From Balanoglossus misakiensis (Eukaryota > Animalia > Hemichordata), in contig CM082577.2 of the NCBI GenBank assembly GCA_040954595.2, forward strand, positions 15,755,903-15,819,902: DNA of 64,000 nt, written 5' to 3'. Below the pieces are notes generated by a model. The model was not told where the DNA came from and ran no database searches. It saw only the letters and a program-made list of their open reading frames with translations. The position numbers and the translations under genes were made by a program. Positions 36,185 to 49,256 of this stretch are shown piece after piece (position 1 is the stretch's first letter; every line of letters starts with the position of its first letter).

Positions 36185-36790
36185 TTTGCAATAAGTGCAA
36201 TGCGACGTAAATGAAAAGTGGCAGAGCGGCAGATCTGTCCAATATGTGGCTTCATTGTCAGACAAGAGTCAAGGATCACTCCAAGGCTCTTAGCCTGACA
36301 ATGGACGGGAATCACAGAATCGCCAACACGAATTTCTGAAATCCCTCTAGCAGACAGATCACCCGAAGTACCAGAGAAAATAACAAATTCAGTCTTATCA
36401 TCGTTTAAGCACAAGAAGTTTTCAGACATCCAGAACCTAACATCGGATATACAAAGTTCAAGATTTGAAACAGTTCTTGCTGCGTTGTCTTTACTCAAAG
36501 ACATATAAAATGAAGAGTCATCTGCATAAAAACTATAAAGACAACCATGACTTTGAACAAATTCACCTTATGGAGACGTGTACATATTGAAAAGTATGGG
36601 ACCAAGAACTGATCCCTGTGGTACCCCAGTGTCGAGCGGATAAAAAGGTGATTGGGTGGAATTTACAAGTACACACTGACTACGATTGAAAAGGTATGAC
36701 TTAAACCACATGAGAACAGTATCTGGGAGACCAAAGCGGTCTCTTAAGCGATTGAGTAAAATGGTATGGTTCACAGTGTCAAATGCTGTT
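36185..36790 (-). mobile_element. Internal L2/CR1-clade LINE reverse transcriptase fragment
   Basis: AFDTVNHTILL..WFKSYL.NRSQ..GVPQGSVLGPILF..YADDS..LNDDKTE..LGVILD. Confidence 0.9.
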
Positions 36791-38131
36791 GTATAATAGA
36801 ATTATACAGCCAATGATTAGCAGTGATAATGATGAAAGTTATGTACATTTTAAATTATCACCTCTTAATTATTGAGTCGTGATTTATAATTTTATTTCTG
36901 CTAAATACAGATACACAACTCTGAACTGTAAAGTTAATGTCATCAATTTTTAATTTACTAACTTACAGTTCAGGTAGTTATGCAGGGAAATGGTGGAAGT
37001 TACCAATATTAGTAATCAGAAGTCTTTTGAGTAAGCATGTTTTTGTCTGCCCTAGTGATTAGACCAAGTAAGTACATTGTAGTGGTTATATCCTAAGTGA
37101 TCAAATGTGAAACTTATGTGTCAACTTGTGTACACGTACCATGTAAGAATGTAGGTACCCATTCAAACAGTTTGTAGGATCGAGCCTTTGAACTATTGCT
37201 GAGACATTTTTTTTTTTTTTTTCATTTGGGAAGACATGCCCACTAGAAAAATTCAAATATTTAGGTAAACTGAAAAATATTTTTATTTGAAAAAAGAATG
37301 GTAATTTAGTTTTTTATGTTGTTATAGAGTATAAAAAAGACGGTTCTGAAGTGAGACTCTGGTTCTGTTTCACATTCAGTTTGGGGTTCAAGTATTAAAC
37401 TGGAAAAAGTTCATTTTCAGACAACTCAATTTTTTTAGTTGTATGAAAATACTCTGCTAAAAGACAAATACAATTGACATCCATGCAATGAATGACATTT
37501 AGCACTGTCAAATTGTCAACTGATGTGGAAAATTATTTGAAAATTTGTCTTTTTATCATACGTACCTCAAGATTAAGTTAAAAATTGAAATGCACATTAC
37601 ATTTGAACCTTTGTGATGCACATTGAATTGAATGCTGACATTACTTTAAGTAGAAAAGTAATTGCTAGCTAGAGCATAACTACTTTCAGTTACTCAAAAC
37701 CACATCTGAAGCTGAAAATCATGAAAAAAAATCTAACCTGAACGTCCTCTGTTTTCTTTCTTGTCAGTTGCAATTCTGTGGGTTCCTTTGAATAAGAAAT
37801 ATAAGATTAGCAATAATTATGTATCATTCTAGTCAAACCTGTGTATAAAGACCGGTCAAGGGACTGGGGCTGAGTGGTCTTTATAGACAGGTGGTCTTTA
37901 TAAGGAGGTTCATTAATATATTCATTTATTCATGAATATTAATTGGGGCAAGGGTTTGGACTGCACAATCACACACAACAACCAGACCCATACATACAAA
38001 CATCAAGGAAACACTATTTTTTAAACAAAAGATATGCATTTATTTCATTAAAACACTTAATGTAGTAAATTACAACTGGAAATTATCATTATTTCATGTA
38101 TCAAAACAACAACAAAAGTGTGAAGTTTTTC

Positions 38132-39913
38132 TCAACCGAAAAAGTCACTGATCTTCGACTGCTTGGCGGATCTAACAGCTTGGCTCTTCTTGTGGTTCAG
38201 CAAATCACTGATGTTGAGGAGCTGGTTCAGTAAATCTTCATGGCCATGTTGGAGAGCGAACTGCTTCAAGTCGTTGACTGCATCAGATGCCGAGGACAAA
38301 CTGGTGATCTTTGGTTCCCTTTCCTCTTCCTCATTTTCTTTGTCGCTTTCATCTGCACTTTCTGCATTGGCGTCCTGGTGCTCACAAAGCAAATCAACAG
38401 CTGACTGCTCCCAATCTGTGCTGCCTTGGCAAGTGACCAAACTGTCATCAATGTCCACCAAATCCTGAATGGAACATCCAAACAGATCCTGTGCAACAGC
38501 CTCCAGATTTTCACCATCAGACGTTTCTGCAGAATCATCGGCAACACACTCTCCATCACCACCAAACCCAGAACGCAGAAAACACTTGGTCACAGTTGAA
38601 GAATTCACATCCTGCCAGGAACGCTGCACCCAGTAGATGGCCTCCAACACGTTGGTGGACTTCAGCATTGCCGAGCTGCATGCCGTCTTCTCCTGGTCCA
38701 TCTTACCAATGATGTGCTTCAGCTGCTTCTTCCTGTACTTTAGCTTCAATGCCTGGATAATCCCCTGGTCCATCGGCTGTAGTCTGGAGGTTGTGTTCGG
38801 TGGGAAGAACTGGAGCTTGATGTTCTTCAGCGGGATGGTAGGGTGGCACGTAGCGTTGTCCAGGAAGAGGAGGATCTTTCTCTTCTGTCTCCCAACTTTC
38901 CTATCAAACTTCTGAAGCCAGTCTTCGAAAATGGCCGATGTCATCCAAGCTTTCTTGTTGGCATAGTACGAAACTGGGAGAGTCTTGGGGTCAATGTTCT
39001 TGAAACAGCGGGGATTCTTGGCTTTGCCGATGATGAGTGGCGTCTCCTTCTCTCCCTCCATGTTGGCACACAACATCAGAGTTAACCGTTCCTTTGACTT
39101 CTTTCCACCACTACAATCTTCGCCTTTGACATACAAACTCATGTCCGATGTGCTTCTGAAGAAGAGACCAGTTTCGTCCATGTTAAAAATGTCCCTGGGG
39201 TGATAACCTGCACAGATGGTTGGTAGGCGCTCTTTCCATTCGAAGACAACTTCGTTAGACACATCTCCACTTTCACCACTCATCTTACCAAACACAATGT
39301 TGTGGCGTTTCCGGAATGACTCCAGCCAACCATTCGATCCTTTAAACTCCTCATTCCCCAGCTCAGTTGCAAACTGCAACGCCCGCTCCTGTAGCATTAG
39401 TCCACTCACTGGAAGACGACGACTGGTGACATCTTTGAACCACTCCCAACAGAGCACATTAATCTCCTCATTGCCTGAAACAAACAAAACAAAAACAAAC
39501 AAAACATTAGTTAACATTGAAGGGCACATTAAAAACTCCATAATGTACATTTCAAATTGAAAGAAAATAAAGAATGACACATGGGTAAAAAAAATGCTAC
39601 TCCAGTGCTCTAAATACAAATTTGTTTTACAAATGGTAAGAAAATTACATCTGTTTCAGTATAACCCACATTGCATTTCTGTACATGTATAAAACTTACC
39701 AGTCTTTCGTATTTTTCTTTTTCTTTCGCCTGGAGCATTACACTCATACTCTTCCATAATTTCCGCCTTTTGCTTCACAATTCCGCCTATCTGCGTCTTC
39801 CCTACACCCATCTGGTCTGCTATGGAACGAGCACTTCTGCCTTGATCATGAAGCTGGACAACCAAAACTCTCTGCTCCAGTGTCAAAGCCGTTCTGCTGG
39901 ATCTCTTCGCCAT
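38132..39913 (-). CDS. pogo/Tigger (TIGD/CENP-B-like) transposase, 2 exons (39913-39700, 39474-38132), ~518 aa, apparently intact
   Basis: psq-HTH exon; phase-1 GT-AG intron joins in frame (KT-G-NEE); FKGSNGWLESFRKRH, NMDETGLF, LLFLDNA, LQPMDQGII. Confidence 0.92.
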
Positions 39914-40447
39914 GGTATACCGGTAACTTGTTTGATGGAGGATATTCGTAGCAATGGTGTGCATACAACGATCGCTAGAAACGAACTGATCGTATCCAAG
40001 ATTTACACTCGTTACTTAGCAACAGGGACCTTTGATTCCTTCACAAGTCGGGCGGCGTCTTTGACCCATATTAGGAGTTGCTTATTAGCATAAAAATTTA
40101 CATATCGTTAATATGTAGAACGCGATCTGACCAATGACGTGCCCGAAAATACGTCTTTTCCCGCTCTTTGTTATGAAAATCACGACCTTTTTTTTCAAAT
40201 GTAAATTTTGGGGTCAAATACGCTGTTTGGGGATATCCCGTCAATTAAAAACAAGAAAGTACGAGTCAAACTTGCTTCCAGGTCAATAAGAAAAATTTTC
40301 ACCAATGCTTTTGTGAAATAATAAATTTTGATTTCGGCGCCAACACTAGTTTTGACGACAGCGACACTACAAGCCCCGCATAACCGAAAAAGCAGGCGAG
40401 CGAACACATCACATGCATCACCAAGTCTTCGTGTCACAATACAGAGA

Positions 40448-40839
40448 ATGCCTTCACTTATCGTACACCAAGTACTGGCAGTGGGGATGCACCGCTATAA
40501 AGGTTCACTTACTGTCGGTGCTGGGTATCGCCTTCTGCGGGAGAAATCAGACCCATACGACCAGAACGCCGTCGCAATCGTCGACAATGAAGAAGGCGCC
40601 CGCGAATATACGGACATTTGAAGAGGGATGCCGCTCAAGTGCTCGCAAGAGTGATCGATGCGGCTCTATCTCCAAATTCCGTATATTTCCTCAAACCAAA
40701 AGAAAGTCCCTTCTTTCATTCTCGGCGATGCGGCGTCGTTCAGGTGTGTAATGTTGGATTTCACCTGAAAGAAGGCGACCTACAAAGAGTGAAGGCGTTC
40801 GTGGAGAGCAAGGGCTTCAATGTGACGGTGATCGCCTGA
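40448..40839 (+). pseudogene. Stand-alone HIRAN-domain protein (~130 aa, one frameshift near 40605) inside the pogo TIRs
   Basis: VLAVGMHRY..YRLLREKSDPYDQNAVAIV..(shift)IYGHLKRDAAQVLA matches the HIRAN pattern vvG..y..L.REp.NpyD.nAi.V..iGy....A..La. Confidence 0.75.
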
Positions 40840-42444
40840 ATTACTGGTGACACCGTCTACGCCTGGCGGTACACACCGCAACCAAACCAAACGGCCCTTT
40901 TCAGGGCCACACATCCTCCAGAAAGACATATACCGTTTGAAAAAAAATCACTTGATGTTTTGATGTAATTATTTTATTATTTTTTAAATTTATTTTGTTG
41001 TTCTTTCAACTGTTTGTTATCGCATACGAACGGGTTTCGCGTTTGTGGTTTGAGGTCATCAGCATTAATTAACCTCAAATGACCTTTGGCTCATGCTCTT
41101 GGACACTATGTTCAAGGGGGTATATGCGTTTGTCATCGTTCACACCCCTAATTAACTAACATTGGAATGAACAATAGTTTTAAACAGTGACTGAAAAGAC
41201 CGCCCTTTTATTTTCCGGCCTTGATCTTGCGATCGGCCGACAAGCTGTCCAGTGGTCGCAATTCAAAGGTCATGATGTCAAAATTGCATGAAAACTGTGG
41301 TCGCTGGTCGCGTTAGACAGTTGGTCGCTATATACAGAGTCTTTTACATGTAAACTCCGTAGGGACCGTTTGAAGGTGGTCGTTATGGGCGAGTGGTCGT
41401 TAACACAGGTTTGACTGTACTATCTGCATCATAGTAGAATGACACAAAATGTAGCCCTGTCTTCAGGTGCCACCTACTCATTAATTTACTTTCGTACACT
41501 GCACCAGCTCTAAATCAATTGAACATGATAGAAACTTGCGTTAACCTGATATGAAATACTAAGGAAGATGTTGGAGGATGGAAATATTTTAGGGGTACTT
41601 TGTTTGGGGGTGGGGGGGGGTGTTGGAAGGGGAGATGTTTCATTTTGACTATCAGAATGCTCATTCACCTTTTGCACCCAGTTTGTCTTTTCTTGTCAAA
41701 GCTAGTGTAATTGTATCTATGGGCTATATTTTCAGCATTTGATTCCTTTTTTACAAGTGCAGTTTCTTGCTTGACAATCTGAGAATAGGAAAAGCATCTG
41801 TGTTTTGCAAGTAAGATAATTCCAGGCCACATATAAATGGTTTATGTTGGGAGAGGGTTACTTGAAAAATTTTCAACAGTGTATTTGTGTTTACTTTTTA
41901 CATGGTACAGGGGTGGGTGTCCAAAAGAAAATTAGGGTGTTGACCTCAATTTCCTCCAACTCTCTGCAATAGTAATTGTGATTGCAGCCTGGTTAAATGA
42001 ATAAAAAAGACATATACATGTATCACATGCATTATATGTTTGAAAGCATGCCAGTTGCAGTTTACCAGTATAAAGAATAACCATATAAATCTCAACTGAC
42101 TACATCTACTAAAATTAGCGTAAATCAAGACAATCAGTACAAAGAAATATGTTGTTAACTTACTTCAGCTTCCCGTAACTTTGCAATTTCTGTCTTCAGA
42201 GAATCAATACACTTCACCTGAAAAGAAATTCATACTTGGTAGGATGGCATATAGCATAGTGGGGGCTAAACACTATTTGGGGGTTGTTATAGCACAGTTT
42301 TTGCCTGACGAAGACAACTTGTGTGTTGTTGAAACATTGCAGAATAAAAATCAGTACTATCTGCTCTGGTTGAGCTGCCTCATCTGTCACTTACTTAAAA
42401 CTAGTCCGACCCTAGGATAATCTAGCATTACCACATCATTTGTT

Positions 42445-43041
42445 TTTGACAAGTCTAAACCAGTATGTGACTGGCCTTGATTTCATGATGAAGACCTCAC
42501 TAATGTATAAAAAATACAATCTAATCTCTGCAACTATTTTATGCCTACCTCAGTCATTACCCTGTCCTTTTGCATAATTATTTCGTTCAAATCACTGATA
42601 GTTCTTTCCTGAGAAATTTAAGATATAAATTAGAATTACAATATGTTTGGTATGAATCCAGGTCTCTGATTGGCTGGAGCCAGGGTTTATATTCATAACT
42701 GGACGGCCTGAAATATTTTGACAGGTCTAAACCAATATGTGACGGCCTTGATTTCATGATGAAGACCTCACTGATGAGGTATTTAAGGGTGTCGAAAATA
42801 CAAGAGTGAGGGGCCAAAGTGCGGGCACTGATGTATAAAAAATACAATCTAATCTGTGCAACTATTTTTTGCCTACCTGCTCAGTCATTACCCTGTCCTT
42901 TTGCATAATTGTTCTTGCAAATCACTGATAGTTCCATCCTGAGAAAATTAGGTTATAAATTAGAATTACAATATGTTTGGTATGAATCCAGCTCTCTGAT
43001 TGGCTGGAGCCAGGGTTTATATTCATAACTGGACGACCTGA
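42445..43041 (+). repeat. Two diverged tandem copies of a ~270-325 bp unit
   Basis: TTTTGACA(A/G)GTCTAAACCA..GGCCTTGATTTCATGATGAAGACCTCAC and CTCTGATTGGCTGGAGCCAGGGTTTATATTCATAACTGGACG each occur twice. Confidence 0.85.
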
Positions 43042-43847
43042 AATAGAATACGTAGGAGAAAATGTATTTGAATAGAACACACTTTGTGAATTATTTTGGA
43101 TGTGGAATAAAGTCATGCTACTTTTAATTCTAAAGCATGTTTGCACGAGCACATTCTGTGGCAGTGAGCGGTGATGCAGTTGAACTGGAATGATTTATTC
43201 CCACCCAAACATCATATTTGAAATACTTAAATTGTTTTTTTTTATCAAACCAAATCATTTTTAATGAGGTTATAAATGATGTGCTCAGGTATTTGGTTGG
43301 AGTTACAAGACCTTTCTAGGGGAAATAAGCATATAGAGATTGTTTCCTGGGCATGACCTCTAAAACTGAACTAAAATCTGAGATATTTCATCGCATTCAG
43401 TCTTACTATGATTTCCTTACTAGTTTTTACATGCTCCATGACTCACTGTAACAAGATTTACATACTTTGGCCAGTTCAATACATGTATTTTACTTGTAGC
43501 AAAATTACACAAGGTAAAAGCAAAAACGCTGTGACTGCTGTAAATCTAAACATGTAAGGCAACATTGAGCCTCTAAATCTCAAATTAATTATTTACTGTT
43601 TGCCTTTTAACCAACTAATAATTTTGGAAAACAAGCGTTTCGTTAAAATTGACAAGCCAAAAAGTCAAATTCCCAAGTATTGTCAGTGATAGTAAGTCAA
43701 TTATTTGATTGACGTTAATTACAGTTTTCAAATCAGGCAGTGTGTGTCATGAATGCTTCCCTCTAGTAGTGGTCTGTTTCTGAATACTAGATAAATACAA
43801 TTTTGCATAAAAATGGCAAAGACGCCAACAATAATTTGCACACTCAC

Positions 43848-46800
43848 CTTCTCTGCATCATTATTTTTGATGGTTTCTTTCAAAACATTGATTTCGTCTT
43901 CTTTCTCCTGCACCTGTGCTCTCAGGTTACCGGAAGGTTGAGTCTTGCATGGCAGAAATAATATAGAGAAATATAAGTTGGGTACATGTTTGCCTTTTTC
44001 CAGCTTTAAGTTGAGCAAAATGTTCAAATGGTGGTTATGTTTTATGTCATACTGGACTTTCAACATAACTCAGTGAGATGTACAAATGGGGATTCACCAT
44101 CCAACATTTTACTGCATGCACCATTGGTAAACAATTTCAGAGAAGAAGCTTTGTGACAAATTAGGAAAATGACAAGAAAAATTATAAAAATAAACAACAT
44201 TAGCCCAAAACAACTGTGTGAGGTCCACATAAACATGTATGTGTTGATATGGTACCCCGTTTTCAAAAGAATTGTGAGTTAGCTGGATTTCTCATAATCT
44301 AGTGACAAGTACAGTTGAGCACAAGAGAGAAAGTCACTGCAAGTACATAGGATGGTAAGTATGGGAGAAGGATGTGATGATGTCACATAGGCTCTTTAGA
44401 AAGATGCCAATCATAAGGGATATTTCTTGGTCATATCAGTGTTTTCTCAAGAAAACTAGATGGTTGATTAGATTGTTCATGACACTGGCAGCACTCACTC
44501 ACATAGTTGGCAACAGTTGCTTCCATTAACCATTACTACATTAGTCATATGGTATTATAGAGAAGATTCTTCATGGCCTTTACACATCTATAGATAATTG
44601 GCTCCCAAAGGACATGATTACCAATAAATAATCTTCTGATGAATATAAGTAAATTTGAAAGAAACTTACCTGAGTTTTGTTTTGTTTACAAAGTTCTTTA
44701 AACTGTTGCACAGTTATTTTATGATCTATAAGTTGGTTCAAAAAACCAATGAGGGTGCCTTCAGGGACATACTTAGCATTTTGAAACATAGTTTGTTTGC
44801 AAATGTTTGACACATTTCTTAGTCCCTTCAGTATACCCTCATTGTACAACTTAACCATCCTTTTAGATAAAGAAAATAACTGGTAAGAAAACTGGGCCAC
44901 AGCCATATGGTTGTAGTAATTTTCATTGGGAATACCACATGCTTTTTCCTGCAAAAGGAACGTGAAAGGAAACTCTGTTAAAATTGTATCAGATAGCATT
45001 TAAAAAGTTGAACAGGCTGTCCATAACATTGAAAATCAGTATCCATTGTTGAAGCTCACTTTACAACTTCAACCATGCATCAAAGTTAGGGAGTGTACGG
45101 TTATTATAACCAGGGGTGGGCCAGCAAAGTTGTCTTACCTTCCCCCAAAATAAAAACTTAGATTCTCTCACAACCTCTTTGCCTGGCGAGAGTTTGCTAC
45201 ACAAAGCTATGATGGTTCGGTCCTCACTATGGAGCAGTGTACTGACACAGAGAACCATACCTACATGTATGTGAGAGAAGAATGCTTCATGCTAACCTTT
45301 TTTGATTTATACAGTTTGTTTTTGTTCTCTGGGAAGTCTTGAATAATTCGTCTGGCATCCTCGGACCATGTCCTATCCTTCTTTGGGGGATCGTGGTTGC
45401 CATATTTTTCCAGAATCGATTTCCAGAAAATTTGCACAATTTCCCAAAACCTCCCCAAGTCTTCCTCTTCCTCCCCATCCATGGTGACAGGTGTTGAGCT
45501 AAAAAAAGGTGAATCACTTGTTAAAGGTGCAGTATGTGATATCATGACAAATATAATTATATTCTTACAAGCATAAGCTTTTCATCCGTGGGCAATTTTG
45601 ATGATTTTAGTTTGAAATACAAACTGTATTATATGAATGTTATTGTGCTTATTAAATATACATAGTATCCTATTATTGTACTCTTGTAGTCAGAGAATCA
45701 GCACATTAGTTGCTATATGAAACTGTTTTTGACCCTCCTTAAGACTTAATATGTATTCTTTGTTGGTATGGTCTTAAGGATAGTCTCAATAACAATTTCA
45801 GTTGCAACTATGTAATTATTTATAAATGTATCCAACATATACTGATCCATTATCCACACATGAACAATGACAAATTCCCATTAGGGTGATAAGCACAAGT
45901 ACATGTCTTGTTTCAAATTAAAATAATAAAAAGGAAATGCAAAAATGATGCACAGCTCTAATTGAACTAGAAATTGAATTTGTCTAGTGGAACTGATTTG
46001 TGCAACAGCAATAACGTTATGCTGCAACTGACCATTATGTAATTCATTTGTTTCACATTAGTTTTCACATTGTCTTCCACCACAATTAAACTTCTCTGCA
46101 GAGTACACTCTTTGTTGTAAATTTGACATCAAGAAACACTGTCTTCAGAAAATATTTACCTTCCACATGGCACAGGAGCAATCTCATCAACCTCCATGGA
46201 ATCCTCGCTGTCGGAAAACAAGTCTACAGACTTATCCATGGAGGTTACTATGGCATTGTATCTGTCCACAAACAAAGTGGCATTATCGTTAAATGCCAAT
46301 TCATTGAAAGGGTTCTCCCAATCCCCTTCATGGTACTCCATGATGTTATATTCAAGCACTTTGGATGAGGAGAATGTTATCTGTGAATAGTAGACAAATA
46401 TAGAATTATATTAATTGTCAAGAATATGTGCATTTCATCCAGGCCAGGTAAGTGCTCTTCTATCAGATGTCTTTATATAATATAGTTAAGAAAAACAAAA
46501 ACTAGTGACATCAAAACATTTGCTAAGGATAATTTGTAAAATCAATAAAAGTGCAACATTTCGTTGATTTTGTTCGACAGACACATTGAAGGACCAGACA
46601 ATGCAGGTTTTTCGTACACAGACATTTTCAAAATTGCTTAGTTGATTAGTTTATCTGTCCAGGTAGAAACAGTTTTTGATATGACATATATGCACTTCGT
46701 CATTTTGTGAAATTTTGTAGGGATTCATGGCGATATCTAATACATGAAGTTAGAAAAGCATGCATATCTATATTCTTGTCAATGACTTGTATAAATTATA

Positions 46801-48724
46801 ATCTACCAAAACCATCCAAATCGATTGAAAATTGAGAGATCAGAGAGGTTTTACAATTTTCAAAATAGGCCGGGAGGTTTGGTTCCACGTAATACAGAAG
46901 TTTAGTTACACATAATTACGCGTACGTCTGGTCAGCAAGTGGCGTAAGCGTACGCGTAGTGACGCGTGAATTTTGCAATTAAATGTGTTAATGTTTGGAA
47001 AACAGCGAATACTGCCAGTTTTGGAACATACGGCTGAAATTATTCAGATAACACAGGGCTTGGCCCTTGCGTTTGATATTTTATTTTTTACGTGCAGTGC
47101 AACACACAAAAAAAGCATTTACAACGTAGCGAATAAAGTACATAAACATCATGAAAGAGATCGTGTTGCAAGTGGTCCCCCCCCCCAATACGCATTAGTA
47201 CAGACAAGGTAGCGAATTCGTGTGTTATATCATCAAGGAAAATGACCCGGAAGCCTTACTAATGGCTTCTGCGTGCATAAATTATAGGGCCGACACGTGC
47301 CAAGTTTGTGGCCTAGGTTACCGCACGTACATCACTGTGCGTCCTGCTACAGCATACAAGCGTGCGTACGCGTACATGTGTACAGGGCGCCCGACCGACC
47401 AACCTTGACAAGGCGCCCCAGATACTACATGTATGCTGGCTACGGCACAATTGCACTTTCAGAGATCGATCGCCCAAATTAAAGAAAATATAGAGAAAAG
47501 CCGAAAAATACACAATAATCATGGTTACGCGTAGAAGTGTCGCTTGCCGTTCCAAACGTCTGCTCTCGATCTCACGTATGCGAAGTTATCACGTGACAAA
47601 GACACTGCGCGTACTGATCGAACGTCATAGAAGAGATACATACGCGTGAATTTCGCGGTTTAGTTGTGCGTTTTGAATAAAAATGTTTAAAAACAACTGA
47701 ACGAGCAATTAAAATAATTTTCACTTAAATTAATTTCTTTGTGTGTCTGTGATGAACATTCTCTAAGATTACCATCAGTGTCATAAGTTGCTCGACTACC
47801 GTGAATACTGCTAGTTTTGGCACATACGGCAGATATTATTCAATTAACATGGAGCCTGACTATGTCACAATGGCCATTTCATAGATCGATCGCCAAAAGT
47901 ACGAGAAAATATCGTGAAAATCTGAACAAAATGTTACACGTAATCATGAACGTTTTAACGTGTAACTAAACCTCAATACTTATAAGTAACCACAAGACCA
48001 ATGATTTCTTTGACTGATAGTTTAATGGCGACGCGCAAATCTATTTAACGGGTCAGTGCTAAGTCCATGCGATGGACGTTTAATTTTGGGTGCGACGCGT
48101 GCCTGTGCATTCTGTCATACATGTATGCCGATTGCTAACTTTCTATATATATTTTTTGTTCCAATCCTCTCAGAATTCTCAATTTTAAATTGATGTAGCT
48201 GATTTTCGTTACTTGAAATTTTTAAAGCTGTGAAAATAATTTTCTATCGAACCTCGCATTTTATGATAACAATAAACACTAAAAATGAAAACCTGTGAGT
48301 GAAATAAAATCGACCATAAACTCACACTTGATTTCACAACTTGATTGCATCCGGCCTTATTACACACTCAAGTTACAGTATGGATGCCAACACCTTTGAT
48401 TTTTTGGCGCCATAATCCCATTTTATGACATTGAATTATTTTTTTAGATTTCTTGACAGGAAATTTCAAAATTTGAGAAATACTGCTGTACTAACGTTTG
48501 CAAAATATGAAATAAAAAACATTACTGTTAAAATCTAGTGACAAACATATGAAATAAAATCAACCTTATTATTCGCTCACCTTCACAACTGCTTCATCTT
48601 CAGTGGAAGCTGACAATGCGATCATGCTTCCAAAAGGACATTTTTTGATTTGATCTTTGGTGCACACAATGTTGACGGAAACTCTTCCTGCATCTTCGCC
48701 GAAAGACCAAAATGTCAAACTCAT
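43848..48724 (-). CDS. Unknown multi-exon gene divergent from the ISL2EU transposase
   Basis: Exon 48724-48581 (ATG..VVK|GTGAG) joins in phase to 46380-46160 (ITFSSSKVLEY..). Further GT/AG-bounded open segments at ~45499-45297, ~45235-45139, ~44949-44670 and ~43930-43848. Confidence 0.5.
46590..48295. mobile_element. Non-autonomous element with internal repeats; related copy at ~55314-55740
   Basis: GTTTAGTTACAC..TACGC.TACGTCTG and ACGCGTGAATTT..GGTTTAGTTG..TTTGGCACATA.GGCA..TATTCA blocks recur at ~46900, ~47640 and ~55314. Boundaries approximate. Confidence 0.5.
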
Positions 48725-49256
48725 GGTTGGCGGTTGGCAAAATAAGTTTGCAGCACAGAGGAACAAAAGTTGTTCACTTTCCAAAGTTTCGAATTGATCT
48801 GATAATTATAAGTTTTGCTCACTACACTGCTGCGATACGACATGAGAGTCGATAACATTGCAGGGGTGGGTCAATTTTGAGCAGGAGGGGCTCGAAAGTT
48901 CGAACAAAATTCATTTAAATAGTTGGTCTTTTTTATCCATACGATAGACTTTGGCAACTTTAATTACAATTTTGCTATGGTTGTATTCATAAAGTTGCCA
49001 TGATTCGTCCTGTTTCCGATTTCATTTAACAATACCTCTGAAATTACTATTCCCTTATTTAAATGGTTCCATCCCCTGTGCAAATTAGGCATCGTGGTAA
49101 CAACAGTGATTGACACTTGAGTTGGTATATGCTCCCCTTTGACATGACCCATAATGCAACGCGCAATGAGTGGATCCGGTCACGTCTACGTCTGCGCTCA
49201 TAGGCGCTGTCGAACGATCGCTCCGATAGTGGACGATCACTGTAATTGTAAACACA

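Larger units (their letters stand above)
37830..41417 (-). mobile_element. pogo/Tigger (Tc1-mariner) DNA transposon, ~3.6 kb, two divergent genes
   Basis: TIRs AGTCAAACCTGTGT..AAGACC (left) and GGTCGTTAACACAGGTTTGACTG-TA (right), with subterminal GTGGTC repeats. TA on the right; the left terminal bases are degenerate. Confidence 0.85.

Noticed and set aside
38163-39560. Several plus-strand ORFs over the pogo transposase, and similar antisense ORFs over RT and THAP
   Set aside because: Shadow frames of real coding sequence with no recognisable motifs.
38132-39913. Domesticated TIGD4/TIGD6 host gene
   Set aside because: Enclosed by TIRs with subterminal repeats, so treated as a transposon; no gene symbol assigned.
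41025-41070. Minus-strand CTGATGA...GAAA
   Set aside because: No stem II pairing.
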